Shown: positions 1-7,171 of the stretch, in pieces | How positions within the stretch are numbered: the stretch's first letter is position 1 | Layout: each line of letters opens with the position of its first letter | Virus record (IMG/VR): IMGVR_UViG_2703718816_000002 | Span: 1 to 18,683 of that record | Origin: a virus | Lineage: Duplodnaviria > Heunggongvirae > Uroviricota > Caudoviricetes | Direction: 5' to 3' (one strand) | Length of the DNA: 18,683 nucleotides | The notes under the pieces: model-generated | What the model was told of the DNA's origin: nothing | What the model saw: the letters and a program-made list of their open reading frames with translations, nothing else | Database searches by the model: none | Made by a program: the position numbers and the translations under genes

Positions 1-209
1 TCTCCAGGATTTCCGGGGCGGTTCACTTCGGCTCTTGTCCAGCGTCTTCCTCGAAGTCGGCTAACAATGTCAGCGCCAATCCTTGTTGCTTTCGCCATTA
101 CTGCTTTTTCAGTCCTTTCCAGTTTTTCAGCGATAACTTCAACTGGCATTGTCGCCGCTACTTCGCGCAAGAAATCGACTTCCCATTTCTCCCATGGAGT
201 CTTTTTCAT
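1..209 (-). CDS. hypothetical phage early protein, 3' end cut by window edge
   Basis: Not in the ORF track because it runs off the window. ATG at 209-207 on the minus strand; my translation begins MKKTPWEKWEVDFLREVAATMPVEVIAEKLERTEKAVMAKATRIGADIV and stays open to position 1. Same orientation as the upstream operon, 11 nt after the previous gene's stop. No family recognised. Confidence 0.35.
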   Translation of the reverse strand, partial: MKKTPWEKWEVDFLREVAATMPVEVIAEKLERTEKAVMAKATRIGADIVSRLRGRRWTRAEVNRPGNPG

Positions 210-220
210 AGGCGATACCG

Positions 221-703
221 TTATTTGATAAGAAGTGAAGGTTTCCCAACTTTGAGTTGAGCACCGGGGATATTTATTCCTGCCTTTAGTTGGTGCTTGA
301 TTGCCAACTTGTCGGCTTTAATTGTCGTTTCGAACTCAACGTATTCAGGAGGAAGGGCGCTTGAGTCGATGATTTCTACAGTTTCTGACGGTTTGCGGAT
401 TGTTACCTGGTGAATACCTGCTCGAATCTTTTTCTTGCCAACCATTTCAAGCGATGACGCTATATATGCCATAATGCTATCAATCTTATTTTGAATTACT
501 GCTGCTCGTTCATTCAGTGACTTTGCCTCGTCCTTGAGGCGTTCAGCATAACCAGATTCATTTTTAATAATGGCAAGAAGTTGCTCTATTTTATCGGTAA
601 ATTCTCCTTCCATGCCTTCTATTGTGTCAGCAATCATCTCTGGCTCTAAATCTGAATCCATCAGCTTTGCGTATTCATTGGCTATTTCATACAGTTTGCT
701 CAC
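221..703 (-). CDS. Gam-like / Gp157-family protein (putative host-nuclease inhibitor) downstream of recT
   Basis: ORF-track 221..709. The track start is TTG placed directly against a GGAGG; a GTG at 703-701 sits 6 nt after that GGAGG and is the likelier start. N-terminal coiled-coil-like region then a beta-rich C-terminal part (KIRAGIHQVTIRKPSETVEI), the architecture I associate with Mu Gam / Sipho_Gp157 proteins found next to RecT. Family assignment from memory only. Confidence 0.45.
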   Translation of the reverse strand: MSKLYEIANEYAKLMDSDLEPEMIADTIEGMEGEFTDKIEQLLAIIKNESGYAERLKDEAKSLNERAAVIQNKIDSIMAYIASSLEMVGKKKIRAGIHQVTIRKPSETVEIIDSSALPPEYVEFETTIKADKLAIKHQLKAGINIPGAQLKVGKPSLLIK

Positions 704-1589
704 TGGCAACCTCCAGTTTCGCTTTGCATTCTATGTAAATGGCTTGTACGTTCTGCTGCAATTTCATTCCAGATGTCAGGCGATATGCTTCTGCAAAATA
801 TCGCTTCAAATCATCCATGTTTTCTGCCTGAGCCATTTCATCACAAAGAAGTTGTGCTTTTTCCATAAATTCCTGCTGGCGTTTCCGTTCATCTTCGCGG
901 ATATCTTCCTCTGATTTGTGCGGCATAACTGGTTCCCGATGCATACCTTCATCTTCGTTAAGCAGGTGAATGGCATTATCCAGTCGCTGGGCTTTAGGCC
1001 AGTATTTGCTGGCGCGTTTAACTATGGTTTTACGCGCCATCTCTTCCCAGAATGTCTTCCACGGTCCATTCTTTGCCTTGCTCGTTGCTTCCACAGCTTT
1101 AATTTCTGCCAGACTCATTTCTTCAGTGAGGTAGTCACCATCTGCTGTTTTAACCGTGCAATAACCACCAACAATAGAGCCTCGCTCATCAAATGCGTTG
1201 TATTTGTGGGTTGGTGCTGAATCAAGGCCGTTTGATTCATAGGTGTCGTTTGAGTACACCAGTTTGCATTGTCCCCATTTAATTGAGCCTGTCGATTGCG
1301 CAAGATGAAGTAATCCCATGTAACTGATATCAAGGCACACCATGCCGTCGCGCGGAACCAGATAAGCCAGTTTGCTAGCCGGGTTTAAGGTGATGCCGAT
1401 CGCCGCAACATTGATGATGGCGTTCTGTGCGCTGGTTGGATTTGCCAGTGCCGTTTTAGCCAGGTAATCATTTTTCTGGAAATACTGAATTGCAAACTGG
1501 CTTTCCTTAGCCCATGTCACCGTCTGTTCAGTCAATGCTCCGCAGAATAACTGCTCCTGCTGTTTAACGAATTCAACGATATTGCTCAT
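687..1589 (-). CDS. recT: RecT-family single-strand annealing recombinase
   Basis: 300-aa ORF. The block GPWKTFWEEMARKTIVKRASKYWP closely parallels the conserved RecT block (GPWVTHWEEMAKKTAIRRLFKYLP in Rac RecT, recalled). ATG at 1589 preceded by GGAGAAG; start overlaps the upstream ORF stop (ATGA). Confidence 0.85.
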   Translation of the reverse strand: MSNIVEFVKQQEQLFCGALTEQTVTWAKESQFAIQYFQKNDYLAKTALANPTSAQNAIINVAAIGITLNPASKLAYLVPRDGMVCLDISYMGLLHLAQSTGSIKWGQCKLVYSNDTYESNGLDSAPTHKYNAFDERGSIVGGYCTVKTADGDYLTEEMSLAEIKAVEATSKAKNGPWKTFWEEMARKTIVKRASKYWPKAQRLDNAIHLLNEDEGMHREPVMPHKSEEDIREDERKRQQEFMEKAQLLCDEMAQAENMDDLKRYFAEAYRLTSGMKLQQNVQAIYIECKAKLEVASEQTV

Positions 1590-1897
1590 GCAGCTTCTCC
1601 ATAAATATGTCTGCGTTTGAATATTGCGAAGGCATATTCAGCCTTAACTCTTTCGGTTATTGCATCCCAGAACCATTCAGCGGCTTTTTCCTGATAGTTA
1701 CAGTCATCATATTCCAGCCAGTCGATAGCGTCCTTAGTGTGTTCATCTGGTTTATATGAGCGAAGCATTTCGCTTATTGGGTCGCAACGTTTGCAGAGGC
1801 GATCAACTTCACTGTTGATTCGTTCGTAATCATCATCGGTAAAACTTGCGATGATTTGCGATATTTCACGCTTATCATTCAGAGTCAGAATCATCAT
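1586..1897 (-). CDS. hypothetical early-left operon protein (103 aa)
   Basis: ORF-track 1586..1897. ATG start, acidic protein, stop overlaps the recT start (ATGA), in the operon position where lambdoid phages carry small accessory genes. No family recognised. Confidence 0.5.
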   Translation of the reverse strand: MMILTLNDKREISQIIASFTDDDYERINSEVDRLCKRCDPISEMLRSYKPDEHTKDAIDWLEYDDCNYQEKAAEWFWDAITERVKAEYAFAIFKRRHIYGEAA

Positions 1898-1978
1898 CTT
1901 TCTCCTGTTCTTTGTGCTGATTGAGCATTTCTTTCATCTGACGAATGAATTCTTCGTCTGACCAGTTATCTGTAAAAC

Positions 1979-2131
1979 TCATTTCCTGCGATACCACGGA
2001 AGGTTGATAGCTGATTTCATCGCTTTATTTGCTTCAAGCCACATTTTGGAATCACCAATAAATCGGGCTATTACTGCTTTGTTTTGTGCCGCACGAAGCA
2101 TCTGGTGATTGATGGCTATTTCATTGCGCAT
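1979..2131 (-). CDS. kil: Kil-like small protein (50 aa)
   Basis: Not in the ORF track (too short). Translates as MRNEIAINHQMLRAAQNKAVIARFIGDSKMWLEANKAMKSAINLPWYRRK. The segment VIARFIGDSKMW resembles lambda Kil (IATFIGDEKMF, recalled from memory). GGAGG 4 nt upstream of the ATG; overlaps the 3' end of the CIII-like ORF as kil does with cIII in lambda. Confidence 0.45.
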   Translation of the reverse strand: MRNEIAINHQMLRAAQNKAVIARFIGDSKMWLEANKAMKSAINLPWYRRK

Positions 2132-2250
2132 AACGCCTCCAGTTGTTTCTTTGCTGCTCTGATTAATTGTTTAACTCGTCGTGATAATTCAGATTCGTGC
2201 GGGTAGAAAGCGGACATGACGCCGCTACCCGCGAGCTGAAAGTGCATCAT
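2116..2250 (-). CDS. cIII: CIII-like small protein (putative FtsH inhibitor, 44 aa)
   Basis: The ORF track gives 2116..2325 (69 aa), but an internal ATG-ATG at 2250 has an AAGGAG 7 nt upstream. Product MMHFQLAGSGVMSAFYPHESELSRRVKQLIRAAKKQLEALCAMK. The core ESELSRRVKQL parallels the lambda CIII core ESLLERITRKL (recalled). Position just upstream of the kil-like ORF matches the lambda order. Confidence 0.5.
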   Translation of the reverse strand: MMHFQLAGSGVMSAFYPHESELSRRVKQLIRAAKKQLEALCAMK

Positions 2251-2325
2251 GGGTAACTCCTTATATTTGATTGCATAACGAAAACGCCTCGAGTGAAACA
2301 TTATTGGTATGCGGTAAAGCCGCAC

Positions 2326-2694
2326 TTAGTCGGCCTTGATAGTCATATCATCTGAATCAAATATTCCTGATGTATCGATATCGGTAATTCTTATTCCTTC
2401 GCTACCATCCATTGGAGGCCATCCTTCCTGACCATTTCCATCATTCCAGTCGAACTCACAAACAACACCATATGCATTTAGGTCTTTTGAAATTGCTATA
2501 AGCAGAGCATGTTGCGCCAGCATGATTAATACAGCATTTAATACAGCGCCGTGTTTATTGAGTCGGTATTCAGAGTCTGACCAGAAATTATTAATCTGGT
2601 GAAGTTTTTCCTCTGTCATTAGGTCATGGTCGATTTCAATTTCTATTGATGCTTTCCAGTCGTAATCAATGATGTATTTTTTGATGTTTGACAT
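2326..2694 (-). CDS. hypothetical phage protein (122 aa)
   Basis: ORF-track 2326..2694. ATG start with GAGGA 9 nt upstream; first gene after the terminator at 2713-2740. Acidic C-terminus. No family recognised with confidence. Confidence 0.5.
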   Translation of the reverse strand: MSNIKKYIIDYDWKASIEIEIDHDLMTEEKLHQINNFWSDSEYRLNKHGAVLNAVLIMLAQHALLIAISKDLNAYGVVCEFDWNDGNGQEGWPPMDGSEGIRITDIDTSGIFDSDDMTIKAD

Positions 2695-2712
2695 CTATTC
2701 ATATCCTCATAG

Positions 2713-2740
2713 ATAAAAAATCGCCCTCACATTGGAGGGC
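2713..2740 (-). terminator. Rho-independent terminator (tL1-like) in the pL operon
   Basis: On the minus strand: GCCCTC caatgt GAGGGC (perfect 6-bp stem, 6-nt loop) then GA TTTTTT. Lies between the 156-aa ORF and the 122-aa ORF, in the pL operon downstream of N. Confidence 0.6.
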
Positions 2741-2844
2741 AAAGAAGATTTCCAACAATCAGAACAAGTCGGCTCCTGTTTAGTTACGAGCGACATTGCT
2801 CCGTGTATTCACTCGTTGGAATGAATACACAGTGCTTATTCGTA

Positions 2845-3315
2845 CTAATAAAATACCCAGTTTTCTGTTTCTTGGTTGTGTCCAAAGTTATATTCAATAT
2901 CTGGTGTTGATGTATCAATATTCTTCATCCCATCAACAAGAGTTGATACAACAGCCAAATCTTGTTTGATTCTCATTAAATGGTATTTCTTCCGGCGCAA
3001 TAAACTTTCAATAGCAAGTTTCTTCGTTGGGAATGCAAAAGATCTTTCTGCATTTTTTGCTACTTTCTTAATTGCATATCTATTTCTCCTTTGTTTCCAT
3101 TCCTGTAACCACTGATTTGGTGCTGGTTTAAAATTAACAATCCAATGCGCAGGAACCAACCATGCATAATGCTCTGTCTGATGAAAAGCTATATATTGAA
3201 GTGCGAATATTTTTATCCCATCTTCTTCAACTGTCGCCTGGAATCTCCAGAAAACAGGCATTCCATCATGTTCAGTTTCTGATTCAGGAAAAGGTACGCT
3301 CCATGATTTTGTCAT
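2845..3315 (-). CDS. hypothetical AT-rich accessory gene immediately downstream of N (156 aa)
   Basis: ORF-track 2845..3315. ATG at 3315 with GAGGTG 4-5 nt upstream. Visibly more AT-rich than the flanking N and recombination genes. No family recognised. Confidence 0.55.
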   Translation of the reverse strand: MTKSWSVPFPESETEHDGMPVFWRFQATVEEDGIKIFALQYIAFHQTEHYAWLVPAHWIVNFKPAPNQWLQEWKQRRNRYAIKKVAKNAERSFAFPTKKLAIESLLRRKKYHLMRIKQDLAVVSTLVDGMKNIDTSTPDIEYNFGHNQETENWVFY

Positions 3316-3373
3316 ATCTCACCTCAAATAAGTGGTTTGCTGCCTAATTTCATTTTCTGGCGACCAACACAAG

Positions 3374-3757
3374 TCACCTCGCCGTCAGTTGTTTTGATTT
3401 CCGGTAGCCTGCCGCGTAAATGGCTACGTTTGGAAGACATACACCAGTTTCTGGTTGCTTATGTCCAAACTCATTCGCGTACACAATGGCCGCTCGCTCC
3501 AGATTGCGTCTGTATTCTTTCTGTTGCCAGATCACGTCCTGTGCCATGAACTTAATTGGCTTAGCGTCTTCTATGCGCTCAGGCGTTTCGTGAGTACCTT
3601 TAGCCTGAATCTGCGCTCTGCTTAGAGTAGGGCGGTGTAATACTTCTGAACTTATTGCTTCTTCGCGGGCCAGTACGCCGTTAGCTAATGCCTTTGCCTT
3701 TAAACGCTCACGACGACGAGAACGTGAATTGCCTTTGAACTGAGTTCTGCGTGTCAT
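3374..3757 (-). CDS. N: N-like transcription antiterminator (P22 gp24 / phage-21 type rather than lambda N)
   Basis: The ORF track extends to 3859, but the internal ATG at 3757 has AGGAGG 5 nt upstream and starts with the arginine-rich motif MTRRTQFKGNSRSRRRERLKAKA expected at an N protein N-terminus. C-terminus LPNVAIYAAGYRKSKQLTAR matches the P22 N-analogue C-terminus as I recall it. Sits just downstream of pL and a boxB element. Confidence 0.8.
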   Translation of the reverse strand: MTRRTQFKGNSRSRRRERLKAKALANGVLAREEAISSEVLHRPTLSRAQIQAKGTHETPERIEDAKPIKFMAQDVIWQQKEYRRNLERAAIVYANEFGHKQPETGVCLPNVAIYAAGYRKSKQLTAR

Positions 3758-3885
3758 ATAGACCTCCTGATGAACTTTGGTGGTGAATACAGCCGGGCGA
3801 CTAACTCCGGTCGCGTAATCATTGCAAAGCGCCTCCGCCGAGAAGGTTAGCTTCTGCATTCACCCCAAAGTTCACTTTGGTTATT

Positions 3886-3900
3886 GCGCTTTGTCAGCGC
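3886..3900 (-). promoter_or_regulatory. nutL boxB hairpin (P22-type GCGCUGACAAAGCGC)
   Basis: Minus-strand sequence GCGCTGACAAAGCGC: 4-bp GC stem with a 7-nt loop UGACAAA, in the pL leader upstream of N. The same loop is seen in the nutR-position element at 6743-6757. No convincing boxA (CGCTCTT-like) found near it. Confidence 0.7.
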
Positions 3901-3968
3901 CGTAGATTCATATTCGAATCGTTGTATATTCACCGCCCTGGTGAGTAGTGCGTCCTGCTGATGTGTTT

Positions 3969-4031
3969 AGTATCACCGCCAGTGGTATTTATGTCAACAC
4001 CGCTAGAGATAATTCATCACCGCAGATGGTT
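3969..4031 (-). promoter_or_regulatory. pL promoter with operators OL1, OL2, OL3
   Basis: OL1 TATCACCGCCAGTGGTA (3971-3987), OL2 CAACACCGCTAGAGATA (3995-4011), OL3 CATCACCGCAGATGGTT (4015-4031). On the minus strand, -35 TTGACA (3997-3992) and -10 GATACT (3974-3969) with a 17-bp spacer. Matches the lambda oL/pL arrangement as recalled. Confidence 0.85.
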
Positions 4032-4179
4032 ATCTGTATGTTTTTTATATGAATTTATTTTTTGAATTGGGGTATTGCTTTGGAGGGCGAGAGATCAGAA
4101 TTGCGATGTTTAGTGAGTTGTATCTATTTATTTTCAAATAAATACAATTGGTTATGTGTTTTTAGGTGGGCGAACGTGA

Positions 4180-4210
4180 GGCAAAGAAAACCCGGCGCTG
4201 AGGCCGGGTT
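4180..4210 (-). terminator. Rho-independent terminator closing the cI operon (tImm-like)
   Basis: On the minus strand: AACCCGGC ctcagc GCCGGGTT followed by TTCTTTG. Located 7 nt after the stop of the 206-aa ORF, between that ORF and oL. Confidence 0.65.
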
Positions 4211-4216
4211 AATGCG

Positions 4217-4837
4217 TTAATGCTGGGGAGTGATTTTTTTGTTGTCTGTTGGCTGGGTATTTTGTGGCGGCGCTTGCAAAGTGGAAGGCTGTTGCAAAGG
4301 TGCGTGGTCTGACTTTAAAGCTGATACCAGCCCGGGAATAGCAACTATTACAGCGATAATGACACTAAAAATGGCTAATCGTATAGAAATACCCGACTGA
4401 ACACCACTAATTGCGGTATTAACCCCTGTTATTTGTCCTTGAATTCCTTCGAATCTCCCATTAATTGCTTTTATATCGCCAGCAGCGCTATCCATCTTTC
4501 CATCGATCTTGGACGATAGAGAGCTTATGGCTGCATTAAGTGATGCAAATTGGACATTAACGCTTTCACGAGATAGAGCCATGTCAGCCCTAATGGAAGA
4601 AGCAATAGACTCCATCTCTGCTTTATTAGCAGCTAAGCGAGCATCAAGTTCCTCTCTGCTGATCGTTCCCACTTCTTCCTCCGTTTGTGGCGGTTTTATG
4701 TAATTATTTTGCACCTTGGTGGGAGAATTATCAAATTCAGCCTCAAAATCGGAACCGCCAACAACCTTCAACCTCCGGCTTTCAGATATGTTGGTGTCTT
4801 GCTTTCCATGATTATTTAAATTACTGTCGTCACTCAT
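4217..4837 (-). CDS. hypothetical coiled-coil protein with a single C-terminal transmembrane anchor (206 aa), in the rexB position
   Basis: ORF-track 4217..4837. ATG start overlaps the stop of the upstream 144-aa ORF (ATGA). Low-complexity N-terminus, central Ala/Ser-rich heptad-like segment, then a hydrophobic stretch IRLAIFSVIIAVIVAIPGLVSAL and a Pro/Gln-rich tail. Not RexB-like (RexB is polytopic). Confidence 0.6.
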   Translation of the reverse strand: MSDDSNLNNHGKQDTNISESRRLKVVGGSDFEAEFDNSPTKVQNNYIKPPQTEEEVGTISREELDARLAANKAEMESIASSIRADMALSRESVNVQFASLNAAISSLSSKIDGKMDSAAGDIKAINGRFEGIQGQITGVNTAISGVQSGISIRLAIFSVIIAVIVAIPGLVSALKSDHAPLQQPSTLQAPPQNTQPTDNKKITPQH

Positions 4838-5268
4838 AATAGCTCTACGGTGAAAAATGATTCATTTTTATGAAGTTCATTTTTAGGGTCTTCATTATCT
4901 TGCAATATCCCTATAACACTATATAGCCCTTTAGCTGGGACCCTAATTTCTTTCAATGTTACTATTACCTGTCCGCCAACCCCTGTTTCAAAATGGCTAT
5001 CTTTCGTATCGATGAAAAGTGAAACTGATTCCGAAGAGCCGTCAGGGAATTGAATTTCCTCACCTTTTTTTATAATTAGGTGCGCGGGGATTACCATAAT
5101 ACCCAAATTATATCTTGAATTTGGTTTCAACCCGATCATACCAACCCTGAAATCAATTGATAGCCGCGCAGGAAATTCATTGCATGTAAAATTAAGCGTC
5201 GGTTGGTTGGGTTCTTCGCTGCTATCAAATGGGGTTATAAAAGATATTCTTTCTAAATTAAGTGCCAT
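4834..5268 (-). CDS. hypothetical protein (144 aa), in the rexA position
   Basis: The ORF track gives 4834..5322, but the internal ATG at 5268 has AGGAG 6 nt upstream and yields MALNLERISFITPF... Predicted soluble and beta-rich. Translationally coupled to the 206-aa ORF. No family recognised. Confidence 0.55.
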   Translation of the reverse strand: MALNLERISFITPFDSSEEPNQPTLNFTCNEFPARLSIDFRVGMIGLKPNSRYNLGIMVIPAHLIIKKGEEIQFPDGSSESVSLFIDTKDSHFETGVGGQVIVTLKEIRVPAKGLYSVIGILQDNEDPKNELHKNESFFTVELL

Positions 5269-5318
5269 AAATTCTCCTGCATCGCTGTATGCTCTACGAG
5301 CATCTCTGCGACCATCCA

Positions 5319-5338
5319 TCATCCAAACGTCTCTTCAC
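5319..5338. repeat. second copy of the cI 3'-terminal sequence, downstream of the 113-aa gene
   Basis: TCATCCAAACGTCTCTTCA at 5319-5337 versus TCACCCAAACGTCTCTTCA at 5690-5708 (cI stop plus its last five codons): 18 of 19 identical. On the minus strand the second copy reads ATG AGT GAA GAG ACG TTT GGA TGA (MSEETFG-stop), mimicking the cI C-terminus PEETFG-stop. Confidence 0.85.
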
Positions 5339-5680
5339 TCATCCGAAGAAGCAGCAATCCGGGTCAGCACGCACAAGCTCAAGCGCATCAGTCAGCGAAA
5401 GTTCAGTACTGTACTGATGCCATTTCATATCCTTCCGCATCCAATAGATTTTCCATCTATCCAGAGAACGTATGTACTTGATTCTTGCTGATGGCAGGAT
5501 GTTTGTTTCACCTGGGTTGCCCTGCCACACGGGGCGCTGTTCGCCGATATCTATCGTTTGGTCATTGATGCTATAAACAATATCCAGTTCATTGCGGATA
5601 TGTTCAGGCGGCCTTATGCTTTCAATGAATTGGTGAACTTCTTTTTTGACCGCTTGATATTCAAGGTCAGTGAACGCCAT
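5339..5680 (-). CDS. hypothetical protein (113 aa) immediately downstream of cI
   Basis: ORF-track 5339..5680. ATG at 5680, 9 nt after the cI stop, with GAGGAGG 5 nt upstream, so it should be co-transcribed with cI from pRM. Ends CCFFG. Bracketed by the duplicated cI 3'-end sequence. No family recognised. Confidence 0.6.
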   Translation of the reverse strand: MAFTDLEYQAVKKEVHQFIESIRPPEHIRNELDIVYSINDQTIDIGEQRPVWQGNPGETNILPSARIKYIRSLDRWKIYWMRKDMKWHQYSTELSLTDALELVRADPDCCFFG

Positions 5681-5689
5681 CTATCCTCC

Positions 5690-6406
<717 letters not shown>

Positions 6407-6413
6407 TTAAATC

Positions 6414-6479
6414 TATCACCGCAAGGGATAAATATCTAACACCGTGCGTGTTGACTATTATACCTCTAGCGGTGATAAT
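6414..6479. promoter_or_regulatory. oR operator region (OR3, OR2, OR1) with divergent pRM and pR
   Basis: OR3 TATCACCGCAAGGGATA (6414-6430), OR2 TAACACCGTGCGTGTTG (6437-6453), OR1 TACCTCTAGCGGTGATA (6461-6477). pR -35 TTGACT (6451-6456) and -10 GATAAT (6474-6479). Cro RBS AAGGAGG at 6493-6499. Confidence 0.9.
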
Positions 6480-6503
6480 GATTGCCTGTACTAAGGAGGT
6501 TGT

Positions 6504-6704
6504 ATGGAACAACGCATAACCCTGAAAGATTATGCAATACGCTTTGGGCAAACCAAGACGGCTAAAGATCTCGGCGTATATCAAAGCGCGATTAACAAGG
6601 CCATTCATGCAGGCCGAAAGATTTTTTTAACTATAAACGCTGATGGAAGCGTTTATGCGGAAGAAATAAAGCCCTTCCCAAGTAACAAAAAAACAACTGC
6701 ATAA
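6504..6704 (+). CDS. cro: Cro repressor, lambda type
   Basis: 66 aa, [66 protein letters not shown], near-identical to lambda Cro as recalled. Strong RBS, directly downstream of pR. Confidence 0.95.
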   Translation: MEQRITLKDYAIRFGQTKTAKDLGVYQSAINKAIHAGRKIFLTINADGSVYAEEIKPFPSNKKTTA

Positions 6705-6711
6705 GTAACAC

Positions 6712-6757
6712 CGCTCTTTTCACAATGGACATTCGTCCTACGTCGCTGACAAAGCGA
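6712..6757 (+). promoter_or_regulatory. nutR-like site: boxA (CGCTCTTTT) and boxB (TCGCTGACAAAGCGA)
   Basis: boxA-like CGCTCTTTT at 6712-6720, 8 nt after the cro stop. A hairpin at 6743-6757 carries the same UGACAAA loop as the nutL boxB. The loop is the P22 type, not the lambda type (GCCCUGAAAAAGGGC). Confidence 0.65.
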
Positions 6758-6842
6758 GTCCCAATATATCTGACCAACTAAGGCCATATGCGTTTCCACG
6801 CATACCTTTCAACTAGCTATTCACTATTGGAAATCTTAAGAA

Positions 6843-7139
6843 ATGGAACAAACAAGTTACAGCAAACTATCACAGCGAGAAATTGATCGCGCTGAAACTG
6901 ATTTACTCATCAACCTGTCAACGCTTACCCAGCGCGGTCTGGCAAAGATGATTGGCTGTCATGAATCGAAGATAAGCAGAACGGACTGGAGATTTATTGC
7001 TTCGGTCTTGTGTGCTTTCGGAATGGCATCAGACATCAGTCCGATTAGTAGGGCTTTTAAGTATGCGCTTGATGGAATCACAAAGAAAAAATCCCCGGTG
7101 GCCGCCGGGGACTCTAAGCAAATTGATATGCAATTCTGA
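6843..7139 (+). CDS. cII: CII-like transcriptional activator (diverged from lambda CII)
   Basis: 98 aa in the cII position between nutR and O. HTH-like RGLAKMIGCHESKISRTDW and C-terminus KQIDMQF parallel lambda CII (SQISRWKRDW and EQIQMEF, recalled), but the rest differs. Weak RBS. Confidence 0.6.
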   Translation: MEQTSYSKLSQREIDRAETDLLINLSTLTQRGLAKMIGCHESKISRTDWRFIASVLCAFGMASDISPISRAFKYALDGITKKKSPVAAGDSKQIDMQF

Positions 7140-7171
7140 GGGAATTACTGGATCAATCCACAGGAGTCATT

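Noticed and set aside
570-1220. Plus-strand ORFs 570..914 and 918..1220 from the ORF track
   Set aside because: They lie antisense to the RecT and Gam-like genes, have no RBS and low-complexity products; most likely shadow ORFs.
2876-3549. Plus-strand ORFs 2876..3115, 3162..3347 and 3337..3549
   Set aside because: Antisense to the 156-aa gene and N, within a minus-strand operon, no RBS; shadow ORFs.
3374-3859. Long 161-aa version of N starting at 3859
   Set aside because: The extension would begin inside the pL leader and run across the boxB hairpin. The internal ATG at 3757 has a strong AGGAGG and starts with the arginine-rich motif, so the short form is preferred.
3928-3944. Possible fourth operator-like site ATTCACCGCCCTGGTGA downstream of the pL -10
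   Set aside because: Only the CACCGCC half-site matches the OL consensus (about 10 of 17 positions). Lambda has no OL4, and a single half-site is expected by chance near related operators.
3901-3968. Search for a nutL boxA (CGCTCTT-like) upstream of boxB
   Set aside because: No convincing match found between the pL start and boxB. Either boxA is degenerate here or I cannot see it, so it is not annotated.
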